From: an uncultured Trueperaceae bacterium | Lineage (GTDB): Bacteria; Deinococcota; Deinococci; Deinococcales; Trueperaceae | Reading direction: 5' to 3' | NCBI GenBank assembly: GCA_963799485.1 | Contig: CAWCXJ010000013.1 | Coordinates: 320,001 to 384,000, forward strand | Length of the DNA stretch: 64,000 nt | Shown: positions 22,135-31,280 of the stretch, in pieces | How positions within the stretch are numbered: position 1 is the first letter of the stretch | Layout of the letters: each line of letters starts with the position of its first letter | Notes under the pieces: generated by a model | The model's database searches: none | What the model saw: the letters and a program-made list of their open reading frames with translations, nothing else | What the model was told of the DNA's origin: nothing | Program-made: the position numbers and the translations under genes

Positions 22135-24051
22135 CTAACCGGGCCGCCGCAACCAGACCTGCATGGGACTCGCCGCGCGGTTCGCCCAGCCGTAGTACGG
22201 AACAGCGGTGAGCGTCGTGGGTGCAGTTTGCATAGGGGCTCGAGCCTCCACCGAACGGTACAGATAGTCTGTTCCGGGTGTTTGAGCGGTAGCTTCAGCT
22301 TGCAGCAAAACGACCCCGCCGAGTTCAGCCGACGGCACGACTTTAAGCTGCTCCGGTTTGTCCGGCACCAACAAGTCTCTTACATCGACATCGTGGTCGA
22401 GCCCTTCAGCGCAGTAGAGCAGCGGCCCGCGCGCCAAGGCAACCCTTCCAGCCGCTTCAAACACATAGGGGTGCGCCTCCAAGTAGCGTACCGGCAGCGG
22501 CAACGACAGCCGGACGGTATCGCCCGCCTGCCACTCACGGCTTAAGCTCGCGTAACTGCCCGCCGAAACGTCTACCGCTTTACCATTTACGGTGATGGTT
22601 GCCCCTTCAGCCCAGGCGGGGACGCGAAGCTTTAACGTAAAGGTGCCCTCAGCTTGAACGGTCAGCGCAACGTCGCCGTCCCACGGGTAACGGGTCGTTT
22701 CTTTGAGCCCGACCCTTTGACCATTTTCTAGAGTTGCCGCGAGGCTCCCCTCGGCGTAAAGGTGAACCCAGAGCGCGTCGTCTTGCGTGCTGTAAAAGTA
22801 CCCCGGCAACGAGGCTAAGAGCCGCGCCACATTCGGCGGACAACACGCACAGCCAAACCACGCCTGACGGCGGTGCGTCCCGTCGTCGGCTAACGGATTT
22901 TGATAAAAGTACTCCTGACCGTCAAGTGAAAGTCCCGGCAACACCGCGTTATAGAGCGTCCACTCGAGCAGATCGGCGTAACGCGCGTCGCCGCCAAGCG
23001 CCAACATCCGCCAGTTCCACATCACGCTGGCAATCGCCGCGCAGGTCTCGGTATAGGCGCGCTCATTTGGCAGCTCAAAGTCTTTGCCGAACGCCTCACC
23101 CTCGTAGCGCGAACCGAGACCACCGGAGACGTACATGCGCCGCATAGTCATGTTCTCCCACTGACGTTCTAAAGCTGTGAGATACCCTTCGTCGCCGGTT
23201 TCGGCGTACACATCGGTGATTCCAGCCGTGTAGTAGAGTGCCCGCACCGCGTGCCCGACCACCGCGTCCAGCTCCCGAACGGGGGTGTGGTCTTGTGCGT
23301 ACTCGGGCGACCAGATGCCGTAAGGTTTCCCTAGCAAGCCGCGTCCGCGAGCCTCGACAAAGTACTGAGCCTGCGCGAGATACCGCCTTTCATCCGTCGC
23401 CCGGTACAGTTCGACCAAACCCAGCTCGACCTCTTCGTGACCGTCTACGGCTTCGCGTTTGCCCTCGGCCTGTGGCCCGAACGTGTCACAGATGTGGTCG
23501 GCGAAACGGGTCGCCACCTCTAGCAGCGACCTCTCCCCCGTCGCGCGGTAGTGGGCGACTGCCGCCTGAAAAAGGTGTCCGGCACAGTACATTTCATGCA
23601 AGTCGAAGTTCGTCCAGCGTTCACCTTCGCGCTCCAACGCAAAGTAAGTGTTGAGATAGCCGTCCTCACGCTGGGCCGCCGCGACTTCGGAGATTGCCGT
23701 ATCGACCATCGCCCTCAGTTCCGGGTTCGGCCCCTCGGCGAGCGTCCAGGCAGCGGCCTCGAGCCACTTGTACACGTCCGAGTCGTTGAAGTAAATCCCG
23801 ACGAAGGGGGTGTCCGACCTTCCCGAAACACGCCGGAAGTTGTTCAGCCGGTCGGTTTCCTCGAGGTGCTGAAACTGCGTCGGCAAGGTTACGTCACGGT
23901 TCGTGCGGCGGCGCGGTGCCCAAAAGGTGTCGGTCAGGGTGACGCTGTCCAGCGGGATGGGGCGGAGTTTGGCGTAGGGGCTCGAGGTCGTGTTTACGAT
24001 GGGCGCAGAAGTTTTGGAAGGTAAGGTCGAAGTTCGCGTTTGAGTCATCAT
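22135..24051 (-). CDS. Beta-L-arabinofuranosidase, GH127
   Basis: 'DSDVYKWLEA', 'HEMYCAGH', 'GHAVRA', 'YTETCA', 'CACCPPN' (Zn/Cys ligands). Confidence 0.93.
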   Translation of the reverse strand: MMTQTRTSTLPSKTSAPIVNTTSSPYAKLRPIPLDSVTLTDTFWAPRRRTNRDVTLPTQFQHLEETDRLNNFRRVSGRSDTPFVGIYFNDSDVYKWLEAAAWTLAEGPNPELRAMVDTAISEVAAAQREDGYLNTYFALEREGERWTNFDLHEMYCAGHLFQAAVAHYRATGERSLLEVATRFADHICDTFGPQAEGKREAVDGHEEVELGLVELYRATDERRYLAQAQYFVEARGRGLLGKPYGIWSPEYAQDHTPVRELDAVVGHAVRALYYTAGITDVYAETGDEGYLTALERQWENMTMRRMYVSGGLGSRYEGEAFGKDFELPNERAYTETCAAIASVMWNWRMLALGGDARYADLLEWTLYNAVLPGLSLDGQEYFYQNPLADDGTHRRQAWFGCACCPPNVARLLASLPGYFYSTQDDALWVHLYAEGSLAATLENGQRVGLKETTRYPWDGDVALTVQAEGTFTLKLRVPAWAEGATITVNGKAVDVSAGSYASLSREWQAGDTVRLSLPLPVRYLEAHPYVFEAAGRVALARGPLLYCAEGLDHDVDVRDLLVPDKPEQLKVVPSAELGGVVLLQAEATAQTPGTDYLYRSVEARAPMQTAPTTLTAVPYYGWANRAASPMQVWLRRPG

Positions 24052-24111
24052 TGTCCTTATATTGAAACGAGAATGTCAGTGAATGACGATGGGTAGTAGG
24101 TGTAAGCATAG

Positions 24112-24996
24112 CTAACCTTTACTGCCCGTCAGCGCGATACCCTCGATAAAGTAGCGTTGAGCAAAGAAGAAAAGCACGACGACGGGCACGATAACGACGG
24201 TCGAAGCAGCCATCAGCAGGTGCCACTGCGAACTGTAGAGCCCGGTGAACTCGGCTAGACCCAGCGCTAGGGTAAAGTAACGCGAATCATTGAGATAGAT
24301 GAGAGGCCCCAGAAAGTCGTTCCACGACGCTAGAGCGCCGAAGATAGCTACAGCAATCAGCGCCGGACGCGAAAGCGGCACGATGATGTTCCAGAGGATC
24401 TGTAAAGGGTTCGCTCCGTCGATAAGCGCCGCCTCATCGAGTTCTTTGGGAATGGTGCGAAAAAACTGGCGTAAGAGGAAGATGGAGAAGATACCGCCGC
24501 CGAACCAGTGCGGGACGATCAGCGGCCAAAAGGTGTTGATCAGGTCGAGCTTGGCCCATAATAGAAAGGTGGGGATGAGTGTCACGGCGTAGGGCAACAT
24601 CAGGGTAGTGAGGAGGAAGTTAAAGACTAGATCACGCCCTGGCCAACGGAGCCGGGAAAAACCGTAAGCGGCCAGCGCCGAGGTGAGGACTGTCCCGACC
24701 ACGGCAGGTATCAGAATGGTTAAAGTGTTGCGGAAGTAGAGAAAAAACGGGATGGTGGTGAGTGCTTCGGGGTAGTTCTGCCACTGCCAAGGATCGGGAA
24801 TCCATTCGGGTGGAAAAGTAAAGATTTGCCCTAGCCCCATGACCGAACTTCGTACCAGCCAAGCAAGCGGAAAGAGCATCAGGGCACTACCTAAGAAGCA
24901 GAGCAAGTAGACGACCAATTTGCCCAGCACCCGCCCGCTCCGGGGACGACGCGCCGACGACCGACTAGGCGTCGTAGTCTGACCGAGTGCCATCAA
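24112..24996 (-). CDS. Carbohydrate ABC transporter permease (CUT1, MalG-like)
   Basis: EAA loop 'IPKELDEAALIDGA'; 'WNDFLGPL'. Confidence 0.93.
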   Translation of the reverse strand: MMALGQTTTPSRSSARRPRSGRVLGKLVVYLLCFLGSALMLFPLAWLVRSSVMGLGQIFTFPPEWIPDPWQWQNYPEALTTIPFFLYFRNTLTILIPAVVGTVLTSALAAYGFSRLRWPGRDLVFNFLLTTLMLPYAVTLIPTFLLWAKLDLINTFWPLIVPHWFGGGIFSIFLLRQFFRTIPKELDEAALIDGANPLQILWNIIVPLSRPALIAVAIFGALASWNDFLGPLIYLNDSRYFTLALGLAEFTGLYSSQWHLLMAASTVVIVPVVVLFFFAQRYFIEGIALTGSKG

Positions 24997-25937
24997 CTAC
25001 TCCCTTCGTAATAGACCCAGCGGTTCGAGGTGCGGAGTACGAAAAAACTCAAAACCGCGATAATGATAAAGAGTACCCACGCGAGCGCCGAGGCGTAGCC
25101 CATATCGGACTCTTGAAACGCCTTGCGGTAGAGGTACAAGACGTAGAACAAAGACGCGTTGTTCGGCCCGCCTTGCGTCATGATGTACGCCTGGGTAAAG
25201 GTCTGCATAGTGCCGATAATCGACAACACCAGGTTGAATAAAATCGTCGGCGTTACCATCGGCACGGTGATGTGCCAGAGTTTATGCAGGGCGTTGCCAC
25301 CGTCGACATCGACCGCTTCATAGAGCTGACGGGGAACGCCCTGAAGACCCGCCAAAAAGATGATCATCATCGGGCCGACGGCCCACAAGCTCATTAATAT
25401 CAGGGAGGGGATGACCGAGCCTTCACCGTAAATCCACTGCGACCGGGGCAGACGTAAAAGGTCGGCGGCGGCGTTTAAGAGGCCGAAGTCGGGGTTAAAA
25501 AGCCAGAGCCAGAGGATGCTGCTGGCAATCACCGGGACAATCGCCGGGAGGTAAAAAATAGTGCGGAAAATAGGTAAGCCCTTAATCTTTTGGTTGAGCA
25601 GTACCGCCAGAAAAAAGGCGAACACGATACTTAGCGGCACGCTGCCTAGCGTATAGATCGCTGTGACTCGGAGCGACTTCCAAAAGAGCGCGTCCTGGGT
25701 AAACATCTGCTGGAAGTTCCCTATGCCGATCCAGTTGGGACTCCCCGCAATATTCCAGTCGGTAAAGGCGATCAGCAAGCTTGCGACAATTGGGCCGAGT
25801 TGCCAAATTAAAAAACCTAGAACAGCAGGTGCTACACACAAAATGCCCCACAAGGCTTCGTTACGTCGTTGCCGCGACATGCCCAAGCGTCTCGGTTTAC
25901 TCACGTTCCTTGCCAAGGGTCGGTTCGTTGTCGCCAT
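24993..25937 (-). CDS. Carbohydrate ABC transporter permease (CUT1, MalF-like)
   Basis: 'LAGLQGVPRQLYEAVDVDGG', 'GYASALAW'. Confidence 0.93.
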   Translation of the reverse strand: MATTNRPLARNVSKPRRLGMSRQRRNEALWGILCVAPAVLGFLIWQLGPIVASLLIAFTDWNIAGSPNWIGIGNFQQMFTQDALFWKSLRVTAIYTLGSVPLSIVFAFFLAVLLNQKIKGLPIFRTIFYLPAIVPVIASSILWLWLFNPDFGLLNAAADLLRLPRSQWIYGEGSVIPSLILMSLWAVGPMMIIFLAGLQGVPRQLYEAVDVDGGNALHKLWHITVPMVTPTILFNLVLSIIGTMQTFTQAYIMTQGGPNNASLFYVLYLYRKAFQESDMGYASALAWVLFIIIAVLSFFVLRTSNRWVYYEGSS

Positions 25938-25987
25938 ATCACCTCCTTAAAGGGGCCACGTTTCGCGCGCAGCCCCAAGCTAAGTTG

Positions 25988-27364
25988 TTACCAGCGTCCC
26001 GCGAGCACGGGCGAAGCTTTCTCGACCACCTCGTCCATGACTTCTTGGGCCGTACCCTGGTTGTTCCAGAGTTTGTCGAAGGTCGGGTCGATGACCTCGC
26101 TAAAGAGCTGTGTGGCGTTTTTGAGGTAGGTGTCAGGCGGGCGCACCGTCGCGTTATTGAGGACGTACGCGCCGAGCACGGTCTTCGCCTCCGGCGGGTA
26201 GACCCCAGGTTCGCCTTCGAGCCACTCGGCCTGCTTGGTGGGGTTGGTGTAGTACTTGAGCTGCAAGGGCATCCATAAGCCTTTTTTGAACAGGTCGACG
26301 TTGGCCGGATCGTTGTGGAACTTGTAAAACGCCCAGACGGCGTCCGGGCAGGGCGTATCTGCAAAGGCCACAGTGCCCGCCGACACGAGCAGGGTGGTGG
26401 GCTTCTTGAAGTAGGGCAGGACGCCCATGCTCCAGTTGAGGCCGGGGAGCTGGCTGTAGTCGAGCACCTTCCACTGCCCCTCGAAGGTCATGGCGACCTT
26501 GCCCGTCTGCATCATCACCTCGGCGGCTGCGGGCAGTGCCGCGCTCTGCGTCGGGGTAGGCGCCACGCGGTCGACGTAGATAAGGTCCTGCATCCTTTGC
26601 AGCACCTCGACCGCCTCGGGTCGGTTGAGGAGCAGTTGCGTCCCCTCTTTGTTGGCGAAGCTGCCGCCGTTGCTGGCGATGAGGGGCAGGTACACGGCCC
26701 ACCAGGTGGGAAACGAGACGCCGTAGGTCTGGATATTGCTGGGATCGAAGTCGGGGCTGGTGGCGTCGTTGCCGTTGCGGTCCCTGGTCAGCTTTTTGGC
26801 GACCGTCACGAACTCATCCCAGGTCCAGGCGGCTTCGGCAGTAGCGGGCGGATACTCGAGCCCGGCCTGGTCGAACGCGTCTTTGTTGTAGTACATGAGC
26901 ATCGTCTCGGCGACGGTCCAGCTACCGTAGATTTTGCCGTCCAGTTTATAAAAGGTGTTGGGAAAGCGCTCCGACGCCGCCGGGTCCTGTTCGAAGTAGG
27001 GGGTAAGATCGAGCAGTAGCCCCTCTTCGGCCCAGGGTAGGGCCATATCCGCGCCCAGGTAGCCGGCGTCCGGCGGTGTCCCCCCGGCGATCATGGTGTT
27101 GAGCTTGATCCCGTAGTCGGTCGGAATGTGCTGCCCACGTACCCGGATACCCGGGTTGGCCGCGTTAAATGACGCGATCATGTCCTCGACGGCGCGCTTT
27201 TCTTGCGGTGAGCCCCAAAAGGTAAAGGTCAAGTCTTGGTCACAGGTCGCTTGGGCACCCGCCGTACCCAGGCCACTCGCCAAAACCAGCGCAGTACAAA
27301 GAACCTGAATGACACGGCCTGAAATGGCCTTCTTGCAACGTTCGTGTAGCCGGTCATCTGTCAT
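25988..27364 (-). CDS. Carbohydrate ABC transporter substrate-binding protein
   Basis: Signal peptide, 'YYNKDAF', 'WTWDEF', 'GKVAM'; ATG after an AAAGGA RBS. Confidence 0.9.
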   Translation of the reverse strand: MTDDRLHERCKKAISGRVIQVLCTALVLASGLGTAGAQATCDQDLTFTFWGSPQEKRAVEDMIASFNAANPGIRVRGQHIPTDYGIKLNTMIAGGTPPDAGYLGADMALPWAEEGLLLDLTPYFEQDPAASERFPNTFYKLDGKIYGSWTVAETMLMYYNKDAFDQAGLEYPPATAEAAWTWDEFVTVAKKLTRDRNGNDATSPDFDPSNIQTYGVSFPTWWAVYLPLIASNGGSFANKEGTQLLLNRPEAVEVLQRMQDLIYVDRVAPTPTQSAALPAAAEVMMQTGKVAMTFEGQWKVLDYSQLPGLNWSMGVLPYFKKPTTLLVSAGTVAFADTPCPDAVWAFYKFHNDPANVDLFKKGLWMPLQLKYYTNPTKQAEWLEGEPGVYPPEAKTVLGAYVLNNATVRPPDTYLKNATQLFSEVIDPTFDKLWNNQGTAQEVMDEVVEKASPVLAGRW

Positions 27365-27387
27365 AACTGTCCTTTCTTTGAACGGTA

Positions 27388-27435
27388 GAATGTAAACAAG
27401 GAAACAATTCCGTCTTAAGGAAACAATTCCGTCTT
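27388..27435 (-). promoter_or_regulatory. Putative AraC-activated promoter with 19-bp tandem direct repeat
   Basis: AAGGAAACAATTCCGTCTT twice (27398-27416, 27417-27435); candidate -10 TACATT (minus) at 27388-27393; no consensus -35. Confidence 0.5.
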
Positions 27436-27622
27436 TTTGGCTACCTCCCTGTCCTCGTCGCAAATAATGCCAGCCACAGGCATAAAACGACCTATGACGC
27501 ATAGCTCTCAACCAGAGACGACGAAGTTATTACGGTATTGTTTAACTGCCGTCTATTATGCCGAGTCAATGAAGGATTTACAAGATGCGAACTATGTAGA
27601 AAAGTGGTATGATTCCGACTAA

Positions 27623-28471
27623 ATGGCAACTCAGCTGTCCACAGCGAACGGGGCGCTTCAGCTCTCCCTATCACTCCCCCTCGAGGTCAGCAACGGCGGC
27701 TTGTTTATCTCGCGGGGTGAAGGTCAGCACCCCAACCGGGTACTCGAGTCGTTCGAGCTGATTTTTGTCAGCAGCGGGGTGTTGGGGCTGCAAGAAGCAG
27801 GCCGACACTTCTCCGTGAACGCAGGTGAAACACTTCTCCTCTGGCCGGGCCGCCCGCACGGAGGGCTCGGGGATTATCCGGCAAATCTGTCGTTTTACTG
27901 GCTGCACTTTTATCTAAACCTACAAGAGCTGCCGCAAACACCCGCAGCGCTGCAGATACCGCAGCACACCCGGGTCAGCCGCCCCGATCACCTGACGAAC
28001 CTCTTTCGCCATTTTTTGGACGACCAGGAAACCGTTGCAGTACGCTCGCCCGCAGCCAACTTGCTCGTCATATTGATGCTCTTTGAGGTGGTGGGGCCGT
28101 ATATGTCGCAGGTCGCGTCGGAAAGTGCAGCAGCGATGCTCGCCGGACGCGCCGACACCCTGATTCGCACTCAGTTTCACAAGCCTCTGAGCACCTCGCG
28201 CTTGGCCCGGCAGCTTCACTGCAACCCCGACTATCTCGGGCGCGTATTTCGTCAGCTTTATGGTCTCACGCTCACCGAAGCGGTGCATCAGCGCCGCCTC
28301 AAACACGCCCGCAAACTTCTTCTAGAAAGTGCCCAGAGCGTCGAGGTAGTCGCTCTAGCGTGCGGCTTTAGCGACGTCGGCTACTTCCGGCGGGTATTCA
28401 AACGAGCTGAGGGGCTGACGCCTTACGCGTTTCGCAAACTCTACAGCAAGCTGCATATCAATACCGGGTAA
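27623..28471 (+). CDS. AraC-family transcriptional regulator (last codon supplied by IS1)
   Basis: Cupin N-terminus; C-terminal 'VALACGFSDVGYFRRVFKRAEGLTP'; divergent from the CUT1-GH127 operon. Confidence 0.93.
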   Translation: MATQLSTANGALQLSLSLPLEVSNGGLFISRGEGQHPNRVLESFELIFVSSGVLGLQEAGRHFSVNAGETLLLWPGRPHGGLGDYPANLSFYWLHFYLNLQELPQTPAALQIPQHTRVSRPDHLTNLFRHFLDDQETVAVRSPAANLLVILMLFEVVGPYMSQVASESAAAMLAGRADTLIRTQFHKPLSTSRLARQLHCNPDYLGRVFRQLYGLTLTEAVHQRRLKHARKLLLESAQSVEVVALACGFSDVGYFRRVFKRAEGLTPYAFRKLYSKLHINTG

Positions 28472-28500
28472 TGGTTCAAACCAAACTGATAAGTTAAGGG

Positions 28501-28770
28501 ATGGTCAGCATCGAATGTTATCACTGTGGGAGCGAACAGCTCGTCAAGAATGGCAAAGCGCCTAATGGCAAGCAGAAGTATCAGTGCCGAGCGTGCGGTA
28601 AGGCGAGTAGAGAGAACCCAGACTTCGGCTATAGCGAGGCGCGTAAGGAAGAGATACTCAGAGCTTACGAAGAGCGCTCGAGTCTGCGTGGTTTGTCGCG
28701 TACCTTCGGTGTGTCACGTAACACGGTGACCAAATGGCTTAAAAAAAGCCAAGACGCTTCCGCCGCTTAA
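28501..28770 (+). CDS. insA: IS1 InsA (zinc ribbon plus HTH)
   Basis: 'CYHC...KNG...GKQKYQCRAC', 'SLRGLSRTFGVSRNTV'. Confidence 0.9.
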   Translation: MVSIECYHCGSEQLVKNGKAPNGKQKYQCRACGKASRENPDFGYSEARKEEILRAYEERSSLRGLSRTFGVSRNTVTKWLKKSQDASAA

Positions 28771-29227
28771 AGATACGCTGGTCGAACCCAATGAGCCGAA
28801 GACGGTCTGCTTGGAACTAGACGAAATGTGGTCGTTTGTACGCTGCAAAGCCAATAAACGTTGGATTTGGCTAGCCCTGTGCAAGCGTACGCGACAAGTC
28901 GTAGCTTGCGTGGTCGGCGGTAGAGGCGTTGCCACCTGTCGTTATCTTTGGCAAGCTGTTCCTACTGTCTTCAAGCAAGGCATCTGCTTTACTGACTTCT
29001 GGGAAGCCTATCAAACCGTCATTCCTGATGAACACCACCAAGCAGTTGGCAAAGATTCTGGTCTAACAGCTCACATCGAGCGGTTCAACAACACTGTTAG
29101 GCAGCGGCTTGCTCGGTTTGTCCGCAAGACTCTATCTTTCTCTAAGTCCGACGAGATGCATCTCATTTGTCTGCACCTCTTTTTACACCGTTACAACCTT
29201 GAACGTAGGGCTATCATTCATGATTGA
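28742..29227 (+). CDS. insB: IS1 InsB DDE domain, reached by frameshift at the A7 run
   Basis: 'ELDEMWSFV', 'TDFWEAY', 'HIERFNNTVRQRLARFVRKTLSFSK'; frame open from the A-run at 28741-28747. Confidence 0.9.
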   Translation, partial: KKAKTLPPLKDTLVEPNEPKTVCLELDEMWSFVRCKANKRWIWLALCKRTRQVVACVVGGRGVATCRYLWQAVPTVFKQGICFTDFWEAYQTVIPDEHHQAVGKDSGLTAHIERFNNTVRQRLARFVRKTLSFSKSDEMHLICLHLFLHRYNLERRAIIHD

Positions 29228-29276
29228 GCCATTACCCAATACCGAATAGCCCGGCTCCGCGCGACGTATCCAGTGC

Positions 29277-30236
29277 CTAGCACACGAGACCGCGCGCGAG
29301 CAGCGACGTGAGCGACTCACGCACCGCTTGCAGCGAACTGTACCTGGGGCAGTAATCTAGTGCCTGCTGCGCTTTGACGATGCTGCAGTTCGGACTGCGG
29401 GCGATGTGCTCCCAGGTCGCCTGAGCGTCCTCTTCGGCAACCCCTTCGCGCCACCTTTCAAAAGGTAAAAACGTCAGCTCGGCGTCGTGAGCGAACCAGC
29501 CCGCGACCGCTTCGGCGTAACCGCGCAGCGTCACAGCTGCCGGTGAAACGAGGTGAAAGTTCTCCCCTACGGCGCGGCTCCAGTGTGTGACGGCCTTTTC
29601 AAACCCCTGCGCCACGTCGTCGGCGTGGACGTGATGAACGGTCTCGAGGCCGAAGTTGGGCAGCGTCAGCGCGTCCCCGCGTGCGAGTTTGGCGAACACT
29701 TCAGGATTGAAGTTGCCCGCCGGGTTCAGCGGCGTCCAACCCGGCCCGACGATATGTCCCGGATGCAAGACGGTTGCCGGAAAACCGTGCTGCCACGCCT
29801 CACGCAGCAGATCCTGCTCAATCACCGCTTTGTTCAGGCCGTATTCACCGAACGGGTTTCGGGGAGCCGCTTCAGAGGTCGGCACCTCCTTGCTGTGACC
29901 GTGTACCCAGATGGTGCCGCAGTGGAGAAAATGCTGAATCTTCCCGCGCAGCGCCTCCACCAAGCTCCGGTTGCTCTCCGGCGCAAAACAGATCAGGTCG
30001 ATGACGATGTCGGGTTTTAAGGCAGCAATCTGCGCCCCGAACTCCCCGGCTGCCTCCGCTTCCGCGCGGTCGATAACGACCTGCTGAACACGCCGCCACG
30101 CCCCGTGCGTATGGTACGGCTCACGCTGCTGCCGACTGACCGAGACGACTTCAAACTCGAGTTCGACCAGCCTTGGCACGAGGTAGGAGCCGATATGCCC
30201 CGTTCCGCCGATGACGACGACGCGTCCACCCGGCAC
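29277..30236 (-). CDS. NAD-dependent epimerase/dehydratase (extended SDR)
   Basis: 'GGTGHIG', 'YGLNK' (YxxxK); translationally coupled to the upstream dehydrogenase. Confidence 0.88.
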   Translation of the reverse strand: MPGGRVVVIGGTGHIGSYLVPRLVELEFEVVSVSRQQREPYHTHGAWRRVQQVVIDRAEAEAAGEFGAQIAALKPDIVIDLICFAPESNRSLVEALRGKIQHFLHCGTIWVHGHSKEVPTSEAAPRNPFGEYGLNKAVIEQDLLREAWQHGFPATVLHPGHIVGPGWTPLNPAGNFNPEVFAKLARGDALTLPNFGLETVHHVHADDVAQGFEKAVTHWSRAVGENFHLVSPAAVTLRGYAEAVAGWFAHDAELTFLPFERWREGVAEEDAQATWEHIARSPNCSIVKAQQALDYCPRYSSLQAVRESLTSLLARGLVC

Positions 30237-31279
30237 TAGTCGTCCCCGAACGGATACACCACGCTCTTGATCACACCGTCCCCGTAGTCCGCTTGCAACT
30301 CGAACGCCTCAGGCGTCCCGGCAAGGCTGAAGGTGTGCGTCATCAGGGGAGCCAGATTGACCTGACCGCGCTGCACCATTTGAATAGCCCGTTTATAGAC
30401 GTGGCCCATCCTGCGCGAGAGTTTGATGGTGAGGCCTTTACGCCGCACCAGCGAGGCGTTGAGCGTAAACTGATCGCCCTCCGGGATGCCGACCAGCACC
30501 AGCCGCCCGCCGATTCGTACCGCTTCCGCTGCGTGCTGCGGCCCCAAAGGTGAGGTCGTCGCTTCGATCACCACATCGACGCCGCGCCCGTCCGTCGTGG
30601 TTTTAACCTCTTCCCACGAGCCGAACACCGCGTCCGCACCCAAGGTGAGTGCGAGTTCCCGGCGGTACCCCAGCGGGTCAACGACCAAAAGCTGCCCTGC
30701 ACCGCACCAGCGCGCCACCTGCATGATCAATAAACCGATAGGGCCAGCGCCCAGCACCGCCACGGATTCCATCGGCCTCAGACGCGCTAAGTCGAGCGCG
30801 TGAACGGCGACGCCGAGCGGCTCCAAAAGCGCCGCCGTCGCCGCGTCGAAACCTTCGGGCAACGGCACCAGCTCCTCGGGCCGCGCGGTGATGTATTCCG
30901 CCAGCGCCCCCTGGTAGGGCGGCACCCCGGCGAACTCGACATTCGGACAGAGGTTGGGATGTCCGGCCCGGCACCACTCGCAAAGGCCGCACGAACGGTT
31001 CGGATCGACGGCGACCAGCGTACCGGGGGCCAGCTCACCACCCTCGACGACCTCGGCGGCGAACTCGTGACCCAAGATAAACGGCTCTAGAGCACGCGTC
31101 GAACCGATGGCCCCCTCGAGGTAGTGGTGCAGATCGCTGCCGCACAGACCGACTGCCCGCACCCGTAAGAGCACCTCGCCTTCGGCACGTTCGGGTTTTG
31201 GCGCGGTCTCGACGCGTAAATCACGAACACCGTGTAGCAGGGCGGCGCGCATTGTTTTGGAGGCTGGCTTGGGGGCCAT
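30236..31279 (-). CDS. Zn-dependent polyol dehydrogenase (MDR, sorbitol/arabitol dehydrogenase-like)
   Basis: 'GLCGSD', 'GHE', 'CGLCEWC..G..NLC', 'GAGPIG'. Confidence 0.9.
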   Translation of the reverse strand: MAPKPASKTMRAALLHGVRDLRVETAPKPERAEGEVLLRVRAVGLCGSDLHHYLEGAIGSTRALEPFILGHEFAAEVVEGGELAPGTLVAVDPNRSCGLCEWCRAGHPNLCPNVEFAGVPPYQGALAEYITARPEELVPLPEGFDAATAALLEPLGVAVHALDLARLRPMESVAVLGAGPIGLLIMQVARWCGAGQLLVVDPLGYRRELALTLGADAVFGSWEEVKTTTDGRGVDVVIEATTSPLGPQHAAEAVRIGGRLVLVGIPEGDQFTLNASLVRRKGLTIKLSRRMGHVYKRAIQMVQRGQVNLAPLMTHTFSLAGTPEAFELQADYGDGVIKSVVYPFGDD

Positions 31280-31280
31280 C

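Larger units (their letters stand above)
28467..29236 (+). mobile_element. IS1-family insertion sequence, 770 bp, 8-bp target duplication
   Basis: Terminal inverted repeats GGTAATGGTTCAA / TTGAGCCATTACC; CAATACCG duplicated at 28459-28466 and 29237-29244. Confidence 0.96.
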
